A DNA stretch of 64,000 nucleotides from Candidatus Limnocylindria bacterium (GCA_041486085.1 JBGPKU010000004.1:3231-67230), one strand, 5' to 3'; numbered from the stretch's first letter, positions 9,367-19,239 are shown. Program-made: numbers and translations. The notes: generated by a model from the letters alone, not told the origin.

Positions 9367-10257
9367 GTGCGCGCCGTCGCGCTGCTCATCGTCCTCGTCG
9401 GAGTCGCCGGCGGGACCGCCGCCGGCCTGGCGATCCTCGCGCAGGTGGGAACGACCCAGCCATTCGGCAACGAGCTGTCGGACAACTTCGTCTTCGTCCG
9501 GACGATCCCGTTCATCCTCGCGACCGGCGTCGCGTTCGGCCTGCTCGGAGCAGCGCTGGCGCGGAACGCGCATCACACGAAGCACGGCCACGTACGCCGC
9601 TTCAGCCGCGCCACGGTGATCGGACACTGGGTGATCACGGTGGGCTTCCTCCTGGCGCTGCCGACCGGCGTCTGGCAGTACCTCGGCGGCATCATCGACG
9701 TGAGCGCGCCGGTCCCCCTGTACCTGATCTACCGCGTTCACTACCTGGGCGCCGCGATCATCCTGCTGTCCGTGGCGTACTTCCTCACCTACTGGTGGAT
9801 GAGCGGCCATCGCGAGCTCCTCGTGCCCAGCGGTCAGTGGCGGCATCACCTCCGCGGCTTCGCCCACGAGCTGCCGCCATCACTCGGTCGGATGGTCGCG
9901 CGCATCTTCCGGCTGCACCTCGGCGGCCGAGCAGCGACAGACGGCCAGTTCACGTTCTACGAGACGGCGTTCTCGTTCCCCACGTGGACATTCGGCCTCG
10001 GGCTCATCACGGTCACTGGCCTGGTGAAGGCCCTTCGCTACGTCATCGAGGTCCCAGGACCGGTCCTCTGGGGGGCCTCGACATTGCATGTGGCGGCGAT
10101 GGTGCTGCTGATGTTGAAGGTGCTCGATCACATGCGGTACGTCTTCGCGCGGTGGCCGCTCATGGTGGCCATGACGACGACGTGGGTCACTGATCACTAC
10201 GCGCGCACGCATTTCCCGGGCTGGCGGCATCGGTCCGATAAGTCGGAGGCCGCGTGA
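9367..10257 (+). CDS. Membrane cytochrome b subunit (Ni/Fe-hydrogenase / formate dehydrogenase gamma, FdnI/HyaC-like)
   Basis: Starts at GTG/TTG overlapping the ferredoxin stop; 4-5 TM helices with conserved His pairs (HHTKHGH...IGHW; ...HYLGAA). The listed ORF start at 8941 is an out-of-frame overlap artefact. Confidence 0.7.
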   Translation: MRAVALLIVLVGVAGGTAAGLAILAQVGTTQPFGNELSDNFVFVRTIPFILATGVAFGLLGAALARNAHHTKHGHVRRFSRATVIGHWVITVGFLLALPTGVWQYLGGIIDVSAPVPLYLIYRVHYLGAAIILLSVAYFLTYWWMSGHRELLVPSGQWRHHLRGFAHELPPSLGRMVARIFRLHLGGRAATDGQFTFYETAFSFPTWTFGLGLITVTGLVKALRYVIEVPGPVLWGASTLHVAAMVLLMLKVLDHMRYVFARWPLMVAMTTTWVTDHYARTHFPGWRHRSDKSEAA

Positions 10258-10472
10258 GACGCGTCGTCGCGTTCCTCGGCATCCTGTGGGCAGGGCTCAA
10301 CCTGATCGTCGGGGCGTTCTTCGTCACCGGATCGTTCACGGCGACGACGGCCGCGAAGGAGGGCATCGCCGCGCAGCTGGCCCTGCTGACCGGCGGCTCG
10401 CTGATCGGCATCTTCGGCGCACTGCTCGCGCGGTCATCATGGAACCTGTTCATGCATCGGACCGGTCAATGA
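10254..10472 (+). CDS. Small two-TM membrane protein
   Basis: 72 aa; GTGA overlap with the cytochrome b stop suggests translational coupling. Confidence 0.45.
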   Translation: MRRVVAFLGILWAGLNLIVGAFFVTGSFTATTAAKEGIAAQLALLTGGSLIGIFGALLARSSWNLFMHRTGQ

Positions 10473-11587
10473 GCGCCAACGCCGGCAGGCTGTTGATCGG
10501 CCTCCGCATCATCCTGCTCGCGCTGACGCTGGGCTCGTTCACGACGCTCGTCACATCCGCGGCGTCGCCCATCAGGCAGCTGACGGACACGACCGACATG
10601 TCGAACCTGCGCCCGACGTGGAGCCCCAACGGGAAGCGCATCGCCTACCAGAGCAACCGTGACGGCACGTTCCACATCTACGTGATGGACGCCGACGGCG
10701 CCAACACCAAGCAGATCTCGAGCGGCGGCGACGTGGACGATCGCCACCCCGCGTGGAGCCCGGATGGCAACGCCATCGCCGTCGACTCGGGCGACGCCAC
10801 GCACCGTGAGATCTGGATCATCGACATCTCCAGCCAGCGCCGCACGCAGGTCACGAAGACCGGCCAGATCGCGACGTTCCCGAGCTGGAGTCCCGACGGC
10901 AAGCGGCTCGCGTTCTACGTCTACAACGCCGGCACGATGGACGTCTGGACGGCCGCACGAGATGGCAGCGGCTCCGTCCAAATGACCAAGGAGCTCGCGA
11001 GCGAGAAGAACAGCCAGTGCACCTTCGCGTGCCACTCGGTGCGCTGGTCGCCCGACAACACGCGCATCGCATTCTCGGACGGCGATCTCTCGCGCGTGCT
11101 GGTGACCTCGGCGGTCCGACCCGGCGAGTCCACCGCCATCTCGCCGGAGGGTGAGCGAAGCCACTTCCCGGTGTTCCTCTCCAACGGGCAGATCCTGTAC
11201 ATCACCGAACATCTCTCGATCGACAAGAGCTGGACCGACCTGTGGCTCCAGCAGCCCGAGTCGACGACCCAGCGAGACCAGCTGGCGCAGGGGATCCTCG
11301 CGCAGGGGCCTTTCGAATTCTCGGCTGACGGATCGCAGCTGCTCTTCGCGTCGCCCCGTAGCGGCAACTTCGAGATCTACGCGGTCACGCTCGACGCTGC
11401 TGGAATAGCGGCGATGGCCACGAATCCGAACGCGGTGACCATCGTTCGTCCGACAAAGGCGTCCCAGCCGCTCCTACCTGGCCTGTCGCCCGAGGCCTAC
11501 GTCTTCCTGGGCCTCGGGTTCTTCGCGCTCGTCGCCGAGGTCGCATATCGCGTCCTGCGCCGGCGCCGCCGCGCCTCCGCTTCCTAG
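10469..11587 (+). CDS. TolB-like periplasmic beta-propeller protein (PD40/WD40-like repeats) with N- and C-terminal TM anchors
   Basis: ATGA overlap with the upstream gene; repeated WSPDG(K)R(I/L)A(F/Y) PD40 motifs; C-terminal hydrophobic helix followed by RRRRR. Confidence 0.75.
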   Translation: MSANAGRLLIGLRIILLALTLGSFTTLVTSAASPIRQLTDTTDMSNLRPTWSPNGKRIAYQSNRDGTFHIYVMDADGANTKQISSGGDVDDRHPAWSPDGNAIAVDSGDATHREIWIIDISSQRRTQVTKTGQIATFPSWSPDGKRLAFYVYNAGTMDVWTAARDGSGSVQMTKELASEKNSQCTFACHSVRWSPDNTRIAFSDGDLSRVLVTSAVRPGESTAISPEGERSHFPVFLSNGQILYITEHLSIDKSWTDLWLQQPESTTQRDQLAQGILAQGPFEFSADGSQLLFASPRSGNFEIYAVTLDAAGIAAMATNPNAVTIVRPTKASQPLLPGLSPEAYVFLGLGFFALVAEVAYRVLRRRRRASAS

Positions 11588-11910
11588 CCGTCCTCGTCGC
11601 GTTCCCGACCCCGCAGCAGCTCGCGCCTCGAGATCGGTTCACGGCGCTCTCGCTCCTTGCGCTCCTGCTCGGCGAGCCACGCGGCGCGCTTGGGCGAGGA
11701 GGCAGCCGGATCCTGTCCGTCGTTCCCCTCGTCGGGTTGCGAGCCCGGTGCCGTCTGCCGTGGCGCGCGCGCCGCGAGGTCGGCGCGCAGGGCGGTGAGC
11801 TCGTCGAGGATCAGCCCGAGCTCGCTCGCGTGGAGCTCCTTGAACGCCCGGATCTGCTGTTCGAGGCGCGCGACGCGCGTCTCGAGCTTCGCGCGCTCCG
11901 ATTCGTCCAT
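11584..11910 (-). CDS. Hypothetical coiled-coil protein
   Basis: 108 aa with Glu/Arg/Leu heptad-like composition; no competing ORF; weak. Confidence 0.3.
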   Translation of the reverse strand: MDESERAKLETRVARLEQQIRAFKELHASELGLILDELTALRADLAARAPRQTAPGSQPDEGNDGQDPAASSPKRAAWLAEQERKERERREPISRRELLRGRERDEDG

Positions 11911-12302
11911 CAGAGGATCTCCGTCCCGCGGTGGGTGACTATCTTCGGCGCGCTCGGGTCCCTGCGCTCCGCGGTCATCGGAAACCCGCGGGCGAGCTCC
12001 GCCAACAGCTTGTCCGCGGCGACCGCCGCTGTCTGACGCGTCGTCACCATGAGGATCGCGTCGCCGCCCAAGCGCTCGGCACGATCGCGCAGCGCCTGGG
12101 ATACGACCAGGACGTCGTAGTGGTCAGGCAGCTTCTCGAGCGGCTCGAGCCGCACGCGGATGTTCCAGCCCGCCTTGCGGACCGAGTGCTCGAAACGGCG
12201 AAAGATCTGAAGGTCCTCCGCCGGAAGCTCCTCGCGCGAGAACGCGCACACGATCGTGCGGATGACCCTTGGCTCTGGCGCTTCGCTCACGGTTGACCTC
12301 AC
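11910..12302 (-). CDS. Hypothetical protein (possible PTS-EIIB-like/Rossmann-like fold)
   Basis: 130 aa; N-terminal IVCAFS followed by VLVVSQA...ILMVTT strands is reminiscent of phosphotransfer IIB folds; low certainty. Confidence 0.35.
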   Translation of the reverse strand: MRSTVSEAPEPRVIRTIVCAFSREELPAEDLQIFRRFEHSVRKAGWNIRVRLEPLEKLPDHYDVLVVSQALRDRAERLGGDAILMVTTRQTAAVAADKLLAELARGFPMTAERRDPSAPKIVTHRGTEIL

Positions 12303-12351
12303 ATGTGCGCTTCAGTACCGTCGCCGGAGTCCCGAGAAGAGAGAGGATGGC

Positions 12352-13227
12352 ATGGACGACAAGGCCGCGTTGGAGCTCGCAAAGCTCGCCGCGTTTCGTG
12401 CGGGGCAAGTGGCCATCGCTCGCCTGGGCAACCCCGGCTTCCTGAGCTGGCGTGGCCGACGCAACGTCATCGTCGGAAGCGCCCTCGAGGTCCAGGAGGT
12501 CATCGAGAGCCTCCTGCTGCAGGAGTGTCCGGGTGACGCGATCCTGTCCGAAGAGGGTCCCGAGGACGACCCCATCCCGGTCGACGCGGACCGGCTCTGG
12601 ATCGTCGATCCGATCTGCGGCAGCCTGAACTTCGCTCAGGGAATACCGATCTTCGCGGTCTCGATCGCGCTCCGGGTGGCCGGTCAGCTGCGGCTCGGCG
12701 TCGTGTACGACCCGATGCGCGACGAGATGTTCGCCGCGCAGGTCGGCGAGCCGGCGACGCTGAACGACGAGCACATCAGCGTCCGAACCACCTCTTTCGG
12801 GCCGGAGTTCTGGGATCAGGCGTGGGTCGGCTGCGATCTGCCGCACGATGGACCGCTGCGCGACGAGGCCCTGCGCGTGTACGACCTCACGTCGCGCGAG
12901 GTGCTACACCACGTGACGCTCGGCTCGCCGGCCCTGGGCATCTGCTACGTCGCCGCAGGACGACTACACGCGTACTGGAACCTCGAGCTGCGGCCCTGGG
13001 ATGTCGCCGCGGCCGGCCTGATCGCGCGGCAGGCCGGCGGTCAGATCACCGACGGTGAAGGCGGGTCGTGGATCCATTCGGATGGCGCCTACGTCGTGGC
13101 CGACGCGGTGTCCCACCAGTGGGCGCTGAAGATCATCAAGACGGTCAAGCAGCAGGCGCGCGAGCGAATCGCGACCGACGCGCGGTTCGACGAGGACGAG
13201 CGAGCTCACCGCGCGCCGGCGGAATGA
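12352..13227 (+). CDS. Inositol monophosphatase family protein (SuhB/ImpA/CysQ-like)
   Basis: Starts at the internal ATG MDDKA; WIVDPICGSLNF and LSEEG metal-binding motifs. Confidence 0.85.
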   Translation: MDDKAALELAKLAAFRAGQVAIARLGNPGFLSWRGRRNVIVGSALEVQEVIESLLLQECPGDAILSEEGPEDDPIPVDADRLWIVDPICGSLNFAQGIPIFAVSIALRVAGQLRLGVVYDPMRDEMFAAQVGEPATLNDEHISVRTTSFGPEFWDQAWVGCDLPHDGPLRDEALRVYDLTSREVLHHVTLGSPALGICYVAAGRLHAYWNLELRPWDVAAAGLIARQAGGQITDGEGGSWIHSDGAYVVADAVSHQWALKIIKTVKQQARERIATDARFDEDERAHRAPAE

Positions 13228-13349
13228 TGAACATACGCTGAGCGCGCGGCGGCTGTGCCGCCGCGAGCGAATCCCAAAGCGAGCGAAGCGAGGCGATGAG
13301 CCGCCGGCCGCCCGAAGGGCAGGCCCAGGCGAATGCGAGGAGAAACACA

Positions 13350-13385
13350 AGAGCGGCGACTTTCGTCGCCGCTCTTGCGTTTCCC
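13350..13385. terminator. Bidirectional rho-independent-like terminator
   Basis: Perfect 11-bp inverted repeat AGAGCGGCGAC-tttc-GTCGCCGCTCT followed by a T-rich tract, between convergent IMPase (+) and Mo-enzyme FAD subunit (-) genes. Confidence 0.6.
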
Positions 13386-13398
13386 GCTTGTTGTTCGA

Positions 13399-14394
13399 CT
13401 AGCCTGCTGCGTCGAGCAGCGTGCGCTCGATGAGACCGGCTGCGACGTCGACCTTGTAGGAGTTCAGGCTCATCGGACGGGCCACGGTGCGGATCTGCGC
13501 CGCAGCGGCCTTCGCCGTCGCCTTGATGTCCTTGCCCTTGAGGGCGTCCTCGACGACCTTGGCACGGTAGGGCACCGGTGAGACGCCGCCGAGGGTGACG
13601 CGGCCGTCCTTCCAGTTGCCGCCGTCCATGGTGAAGGCCACGGCCACGGAGATCAGAGCGAAGTCGTAGACCTGCCGGTCCTTGAGCTTGCTCCAGCCGA
13701 ACTTCGTTCCCGACGCCGGGGCCGGAATGGTGACGTGGGTCATGAACTCACCGGGCTTGAGGACGTTCTCGCGGAGGACATCCACGCGTGGTCCGGTGAA
13801 GTAGTCGTCGAACGCGACCGTCTTGTCGCCATTTGCGCCCGTGATCTTCGCGGAGGCGCCCAGGGCGAGCAGCGCGGTCGACGTGTCGGAGGGGTGGACG
13901 ATGTAGCAGAGCTCGCCACCGATGATCGCGTGGTAGCGGTTGTCACCGGTAACGGCGTAGCAGAAGTCGCCGCCCTTCTTGTAGCAGTTGAAGTCCTCGC
14001 CCCGGAAGAACCAGCAGCGCGGTCGCTGGTTGATGTTCCCTCCGAGCGTGCCGAAGTTGCGGATGAGCGGTGAGGCGACGCTCTGCGCCGCCTGCCCGAG
14101 CAGACCGAACTTGTCCTGGACGACCTTGTTGTCGATGACGTCGGTCAGCGTGGTGGCCGCGCCGATCGTGAGCGAGCCGCCGCTCTCGCTGATCCCGACC
14201 ATGTCCTTGATCGTGGTGATGTCCACCAGCACCTCAGGGATCGCGAGTCCGTTGCCGTGGACCCAGTCCTTCATGAGGCCACCGACGAGATCGCTGCCGC
14301 CCGCGACCACGCGGGCATTCTTCGCGGCGTTCGCCTTCAGGAGGTCAACGGCTTCTTTGATCGTGTTCGCGTCGTACAGCTCAAACGCTCTCAT
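13399..14394 (-). CDS. FAD-binding subunit, xanthine dehydrogenase family, cluster 2 (PaoB-like)
   Basis: 331 aa; AGGSDL and GTLGGN motifs. Confidence 0.9.
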   Translation of the reverse strand: MRAFELYDANTIKEAVDLLKANAAKNARVVAGGSDLVGGLMKDWVHGNGLAIPEVLVDITTIKDMVGISESGGSLTIGAATTLTDVIDNKVVQDKFGLLGQAAQSVASPLIRNFGTLGGNINQRPRCWFFRGEDFNCYKKGGDFCYAVTGDNRYHAIIGGELCYIVHPSDTSTALLALGASAKITGANGDKTVAFDDYFTGPRVDVLRENVLKPGEFMTHVTIPAPASGTKFGWSKLKDRQVYDFALISVAVAFTMDGGNWKDGRVTLGGVSPVPYRAKVVEDALKGKDIKATAKAAAAQIRTVARPMSLNSYKVDVAAGLIERTLLDAAG

Positions 14395-14409
14395 CTCATA
14401 TCCCTCCTT

Positions 14410-16890
14410 CTAGCTTCCCTTCAGCGCCGCGAGCAGCTTGTCTCGGGTCAGAGGCATGTCGGTGATCCACACACCGACCGCGTTGTAGACCGCGTTGACG
14501 ATCGCCGGCGCGGCCGGGCCCATCGGGGGCTCGCCCATACCGTGCGCGCCGAATGTTCCGTAGGCCTTCGCCTTCTCGACGATGATCACCTCGGCCAGCG
14601 GGGCATCCTTGATGGACAGCGGTCGGTAGTCGAGCAGGTTCGCGTTGAGTGGAAGTCCGGTCGCCTTGTCGACGAGGAGCTCCTCGGTGAGGACCGCGCC
14701 GACGGACATGACCACGCCGCCTTCGACCTGCTGCCTGATGGAGAACGGGTTGATCGCCTTGCCGACGTCGTGTGCGGCGACGTACCGCGTGATCTTGACC
14801 GTGCCCGTGACGGTGTCGACCTCGACCTCGGCCGCGTGCGCGGCGAGCGCCACCTGCTCCCAGGTGGTCGGCTGAAGGTAGTTCGATACGCCGACGATCG
14901 AGGTCGCCTTGAACTGCACGACGTCCGACAGCTTCAGCGTCTGCTTCGGGTCGCTCTTCAGGGAGACGATGCCGTCGACCAGGTCGACGTCGCTCGCTGT
15001 CACGCGGGTAGTGACCGGCGGGGTCGCCTTGGTGAAGTTGTCATTGAACTTGCGGGCGCCCCAGTCGAGTACCTGGTTGCGCGCGTCGATCGCGGCCTCG
15101 TACATGCCGCGCCCACCGGTGTTGGTCATGCGGCTTCCGTTGGTGCCGCCGGTGTCGGTGGTGTTGTCGGTATCGATGTACGGCGTGATCGTGATCTGCG
15201 AGAGCGGAATGCCAAGCGCCTCCGCCGCGATCATGACCATGTGGGTCCGTTGGCCGGAGCCGATGTCCGTCGTGCCCGACACGGCCTGCACGCTTCCGTC
15301 GTTGCTGATCAGGATCTGGCCGGTCGACGGGTTGCTGCCGGCGCCGTGGCTGCAGAGGTGCACGGCCATGCCGACACCGTGATACACGCCGGGCCGGACC
15401 AGCTTGGCCTTCGGTGCGTGCCAGACCTTGCTCCAGTTCATCGCGTCACGGACCTGCGTGATGACCTCGCGTGTCCCGACGTTGCTGAACGGCCGCTTGG
15501 TGTCCGGGTTGCCGACCTCGTTGAGGTTCGCGAGCCGGAACGCGACCGGATCCATGTTGATCGCGTAGGCGGCCTTGTCCATCGTCGTCTCGAGCGCGAA
15601 CGTGCCGTTCGGGTGCGAGACGCAGCGGTACGGGCCTGACTTGTAGCTGTTGGTCATGACGTCGATCGCTTCGAGCTTCAGGTTCGGGATCGTGTAGAGG
15701 TTCTGCATGTTGACCCACGAGCCGTTGGCAGCGCTGGCGCGCTGCGCGCCGACGTTGGCGATGACCTTGAACTGGCCGAACTGGATCTTGCCGTCCCGGT
15801 TCACGCCGAGCTTCATCTCGTCGCGGAACTCGTTGCGGTGCGTCCTGGTGACGAAGTCCTCGTACCGGGTGTAGTTGTTCTTGATCGGGCGACCGGTGAC
15901 CTTGGAGAGGATCGCGGCGTGCACCTCGGACAGGTCGATGCCGCTTCGGTAGCCATAGCCGGATCCCAGATAGCCCGTCTGGAGCACGCGGACCTTGTTC
16001 TGCGGGAGCTTGAGGGCCTGCGAGAGGCCGGAGCGGGTCCCGTGCGCGTGCTGGTTGGTGTAGGTCATGTTGAGCTTGTCGCCGTCCCAGTAGGACAGCG
16101 AGTTCGTGATCTCGAGAGCGACGTGCTGCTCCACCGACTTGTGCGCCACGAGGTCGACGGTCACGTCGGCCTTCGCGTTGGTGGGGTCGCCCCGGACCAG
16201 GGGCGCCGTGACGGCGATCGTGGTCCCGTCGAGGGTGCTCGTGAACTGCTTCGGCGTCGACGACTTCATGGCCTCCAGCATGTCCGTGACGTGCGGAAGG
16301 ACCTCGTACTCCACCTTGATCAGGCGCATCGCTTCGTCCGCGATGTGCTCGCTGTCAGCGGCGATCACCGCGATCGGCGCCCCGACCTCGAAGACCTCCT
16401 CGCTGAAGATGAATCGTGTGGGCTGGGCGGAGCCGATGAAGACGTCCTTGTACTCCTCCGGAAGGTTCCCGCGGTGAAGGATCTTGGCGACGCCGGGCAT
16501 CTTCTCGGCAGCGCTGGTGTCGATCGACCTGATCTTCGCGTGCGGGTACTTGCTGCGAAGCGTTCGCATGAAGAGCATGCCCGCGATCCGCAGGTTCTCC
16601 GTGTACGTGCCCTGGTTCGTGACGATCCCATAGCCCTGGATCCGGGCGATGTCCGTGCCGAGGATCGTGAACGGGCGGAACGGGGGGAGCTCGGCGGTCG
16701 GGGCGCTCTCACGCCCGCCGCCGGGCAGCTTGTGCCCGTACATGGCGACGATCGGTGCGATGGTCTCGGATTGCTCGCCGACCATCTCCTGCCACGCCGG
16801 ATCCTGCGCGAGGTCGTTCCAGTCGGAGTCGGAGAGGCTGGCCGCGTAGGCGGGATCTTGGACGACGCGTACCGCTTCGATGTGTGCCAT
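14410..16890 (-). CDS. Molybdopterin-binding subunit, xanthine dehydrogenase family, cluster 2 (PaoC-like)
   Basis: Trimmed to the internal ATG MAHIEAV preceded by ggagggg Shine-Dalgarno; about 826 aa aldehyde-oxidase/XDH hammerhead plus Moco domains. Confidence 0.9.
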   Translation of the reverse strand: MAHIEAVRVVQDPAYAASLSDSDWNDLAQDPAWQEMVGEQSETIAPIVAMYGHKLPGGGRESAPTAELPPFRPFTILGTDIARIQGYGIVTNQGTYTENLRIAGMLFMRTLRSKYPHAKIRSIDTSAAEKMPGVAKILHRGNLPEEYKDVFIGSAQPTRFIFSEEVFEVGAPIAVIAADSEHIADEAMRLIKVEYEVLPHVTDMLEAMKSSTPKQFTSTLDGTTIAVTAPLVRGDPTNAKADVTVDLVAHKSVEQHVALEITNSLSYWDGDKLNMTYTNQHAHGTRSGLSQALKLPQNKVRVLQTGYLGSGYGYRSGIDLSEVHAAILSKVTGRPIKNNYTRYEDFVTRTHRNEFRDEMKLGVNRDGKIQFGQFKVIANVGAQRASAANGSWVNMQNLYTIPNLKLEAIDVMTNSYKSGPYRCVSHPNGTFALETTMDKAAYAINMDPVAFRLANLNEVGNPDTKRPFSNVGTREVITQVRDAMNWSKVWHAPKAKLVRPGVYHGVGMAVHLCSHGAGSNPSTGQILISNDGSVQAVSGTTDIGSGQRTHMVMIAAEALGIPLSQITITPYIDTDNTTDTGGTNGSRMTNTGGRGMYEAAIDARNQVLDWGARKFNDNFTKATPPVTTRVTASDVDLVDGIVSLKSDPKQTLKLSDVVQFKATSIVGVSNYLQPTTWEQVALAAHAAEVEVDTVTGTVKITRYVAAHDVGKAINPFSIRQQVEGGVVMSVGAVLTEELLVDKATGLPLNANLLDYRPLSIKDAPLAEVIIVEKAKAYGTFGAHGMGEPPMGPAAPAIVNAVYNAVGVWITDMPLTRDKLLAALKGS

Positions 16891-16901
16891 TTCTACCCCT
16901 C

Positions 16902-17891
16902 CTACCTGGCCGCGTGGCCGAGATCGGACAAGATGCCCCGCACCTTGGTCTCGTCCAGCTTTGCCGGGTCCCACTTCACGGTGACGCTGCGCTCGCTACC
17001 AGTGATGGCAAGGATGCCGTCGCGCTTCTTGAGCTGCTCGGCGAATGGATCGAAGTCCTCGATCGTCCCGAGCGGGCTGGCGAACGTGAACTCCTTCGAG
17101 ACACCGACGGCGGTCGGCGAGGCGTCCTTGACGCCCGTGGCATTGACCACGATCGGCGACGCGAGGTAGGTCACCTTCTCTCCGCGCATCTCGGCGGCGG
17201 CCGTGTTCACGGCCTTGTACATCTTCGCGTACTCACCACAACGGCAGATGTTGCCGGCCAGTCCCTCCTGGATCTGGACGGTGGTCGGCTTGGGGAACGC
17301 GGCGAGGAGCGCGACGGTCGACATGATGAAACCGCGCGTGCAGATGCCGCACTGGAATCCACCGTCGAGCCAGAACGCTCGCTGCACCGGATGCAGACCC
17401 GCGACGCCGGGGCCCGTTGGCAGGCTCGCGACCGTCGTCACCTTCTGACCGCGGCCGAGGCGCGCGCTCAGGATCGTGCAGCTGTTCATCGGCTTGCCGT
17501 CGACATTCACCGCGCATGCGCCGCATTGCGCGCGGTCGCACCCGAGGTTGCTGTTGTTGAGGCCGAGCTGGAAGTTCATCGTCTCCCAGAGGCTCTCTCG
17601 ATTGTCGACGACGACATCGTGTTTGGTGCCGTCGATGTTCAGCGTCACGCGCCGCGACGTCGCGGCGATCGGACCGGTGACCGCCGTGGTCGTCGCCGGC
17701 TTATCGGGATTGACGACCTTGTTGACGACGACCGCTCCGCCGAGGACCGCGCCGGTCGCAGCAGCGCCGGCACCGGCTCCGATGAGAAAGCTGCGTCGCG
17801 TGATCGAGAACGATCGTTTCTCTTCCGCTGGTTCGATGCTCGTACCCGTCCCTGGTGAAGTGGCTCCTCCTTGATCGTCTGCCACGGACAC
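16902..17891 (-). CDS. Tat-exported [2Fe-2S] subunit, xanthine dehydrogenase family, cluster 2 (PaoA-like), with about 95-aa C-terminal extension
   Basis: RRSFLIGAGAGAAATGAV twin-arginine signal; CDRAQCGACAV plus CGICTRG...CRCGEY [2Fe-2S] motifs; extra C-terminal domain ...KWDPAKLDETKVRGILSDLGH. Confidence 0.85.
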   Translation of the reverse strand: MSVADDQGGATSPGTGTSIEPAEEKRSFSITRRSFLIGAGAGAAATGAVLGGAVVVNKVVNPDKPATTTAVTGPIAATSRRVTLNIDGTKHDVVVDNRESLWETMNFQLGLNNSNLGCDRAQCGACAVNVDGKPMNSCTILSARLGRGQKVTTVASLPTGPGVAGLHPVQRAFWLDGGFQCGICTRGFIMSTVALLAAFPKPTTVQIQEGLAGNICRCGEYAKMYKAVNTAAAEMRGEKVTYLASPIVVNATGVKDASPTAVGVSKEFTFASPLGTIEDFDPFAEQLKKRDGILAITGSERSVTVKWDPAKLDETKVRGILSDLGHAAR

Positions 17892-18132
17892 ACCCCCTCC
17901 GGCGCGTTAGCGGAGAGAAATTAGCACCCACGAGAAGGGGGCAGGCCTTTCCGCTGGGTGGCAGGCGACCAGCACCGTTCGAGGGACTGCTGGTCAGACC
18001 AGAGCGGCTTCGTGCCAATTTGGGTATCGGGCCCTCAGGGTCGGTCGCGCACCGCGGTGTCCGCCGACAGCTCTGCTCAGATTTCCCGGTTTTCCTCACC
18101 GTTTCGGGGTCTCGGGCCTATTCTCAGGCGAC

Positions 18133-19239
18133 ATGCGGGAGATCTACCGGCGGATGGCGGAGCTCGAGCGCGAAGGGCGCCGCTTCGCGGTGTGCACCGT
18201 CGTGCGCACGGTCGGCAGCACGCCCCAGGTCGTCGGAGCGAAGCTGCTGGTCGACGATCTCGGTCGCCTCTCCGGCACGCTCGGCGGTGGGTGCGTCGAG
18301 GGTGACGCTTTCGTCGAAGCCAAGCGGGTCATCGAGACCGGTGATCTCTCGCTTCGGGAGTACGAGCTCACCGAGGACCTGGCCTGGGACACCGGGCTGG
18401 TGTGCGGCGGGACGATGTGGATCGCGATCGAGCCGGGCGAGCGCGCGCTGCGTCTTGGCGGCCGCGATCTCCTGGGCGACGTGCTCGCCGCATCGTCGGG
18501 CGGCAAGCCGGTCGCGGTCGCGACGCTCTTCAAGCGTCAGGGACGCGAGCTCGAGCCGGAGGGCAAGCTGTTCATCGAGACGGATGGCTCGACGCATGGC
18601 AGCCTGGGCGGTCGCGACGTGCAGGCGCGGGCTGCCGCGCTCGACGCCCTGCGCCACGGCACGGCGCGGACCATCGCCCTCGACGAGGAGCACGAGCTCC
18701 TGGTGGAGCCGGTTCTCGCGAAGCCGCGCCTCGTCGTCGCGGGAGGGGGCCATGTCGGCCTCGCGCTCGCGAAGATGGCCGCGATGCTCGAGTACGACGT
18801 CACGGTCATCGACGATCGGCCTGAGTTCTCCGCGCGGGAGCGATTCGGCCCCGGCATCGACGTGATGAGCATGGACATGGCCGACGCGCTGCGCACGATG
18901 CCGATGGGCTGGAACACTTTTGTCGTCATCGCATCCCGCGGCCACAAGCTCGACGCGCACTGCTTGCGCGAGGCAGTGAAACGAGAGGCGCGCTACGTCG
19001 GTCTGCTCGGGAGCAAGCGCAAGACGGTGCTCATCGCGAAGATGCTTCGGGCGGAGGGCATCCCCGAAGAGCGGATCCGAGCGGTGCATGCACCCATCGG
19101 CCTGGATCTCGGCGGCCGCACGCCATCGGAGATCGCGCTCTCGGTGCTGTCCGAGATGAGCATGGAGCGTCATGGCGGGACCGGTCGCCCGCTTCGGCTC
19201 CCGGATGCGACCCTCGATCGGACCGCCGCGAAGGCGTGA
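18133..19239 (+). CDS. xdhC: XdhC/CoxI-family molybdenum cofactor insertion chaperone
   Basis: 368 aa; XdhC N-terminal domain plus Rossmann-like domain (VVAGGGHVG); divergent from cluster 2. Confidence 0.85.
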   Translation: MREIYRRMAELEREGRRFAVCTVVRTVGSTPQVVGAKLLVDDLGRLSGTLGGGCVEGDAFVEAKRVIETGDLSLREYELTEDLAWDTGLVCGGTMWIAIEPGERALRLGGRDLLGDVLAASSGGKPVAVATLFKRQGRELEPEGKLFIETDGSTHGSLGGRDVQARAAALDALRHGTARTIALDEEHELLVEPVLAKPRLVVAGGGHVGLALAKMAAMLEYDVTVIDDRPEFSARERFGPGIDVMSMDMADALRTMPMGWNTFVVIASRGHKLDAHCLREAVKREARYVGLLGSKRKTVLIAKMLRAEGIPEERIRAVHAPIGLDLGGRTPSEIALSVLSEMSMERHGGTGRPLRLPDATLDRTAAKA

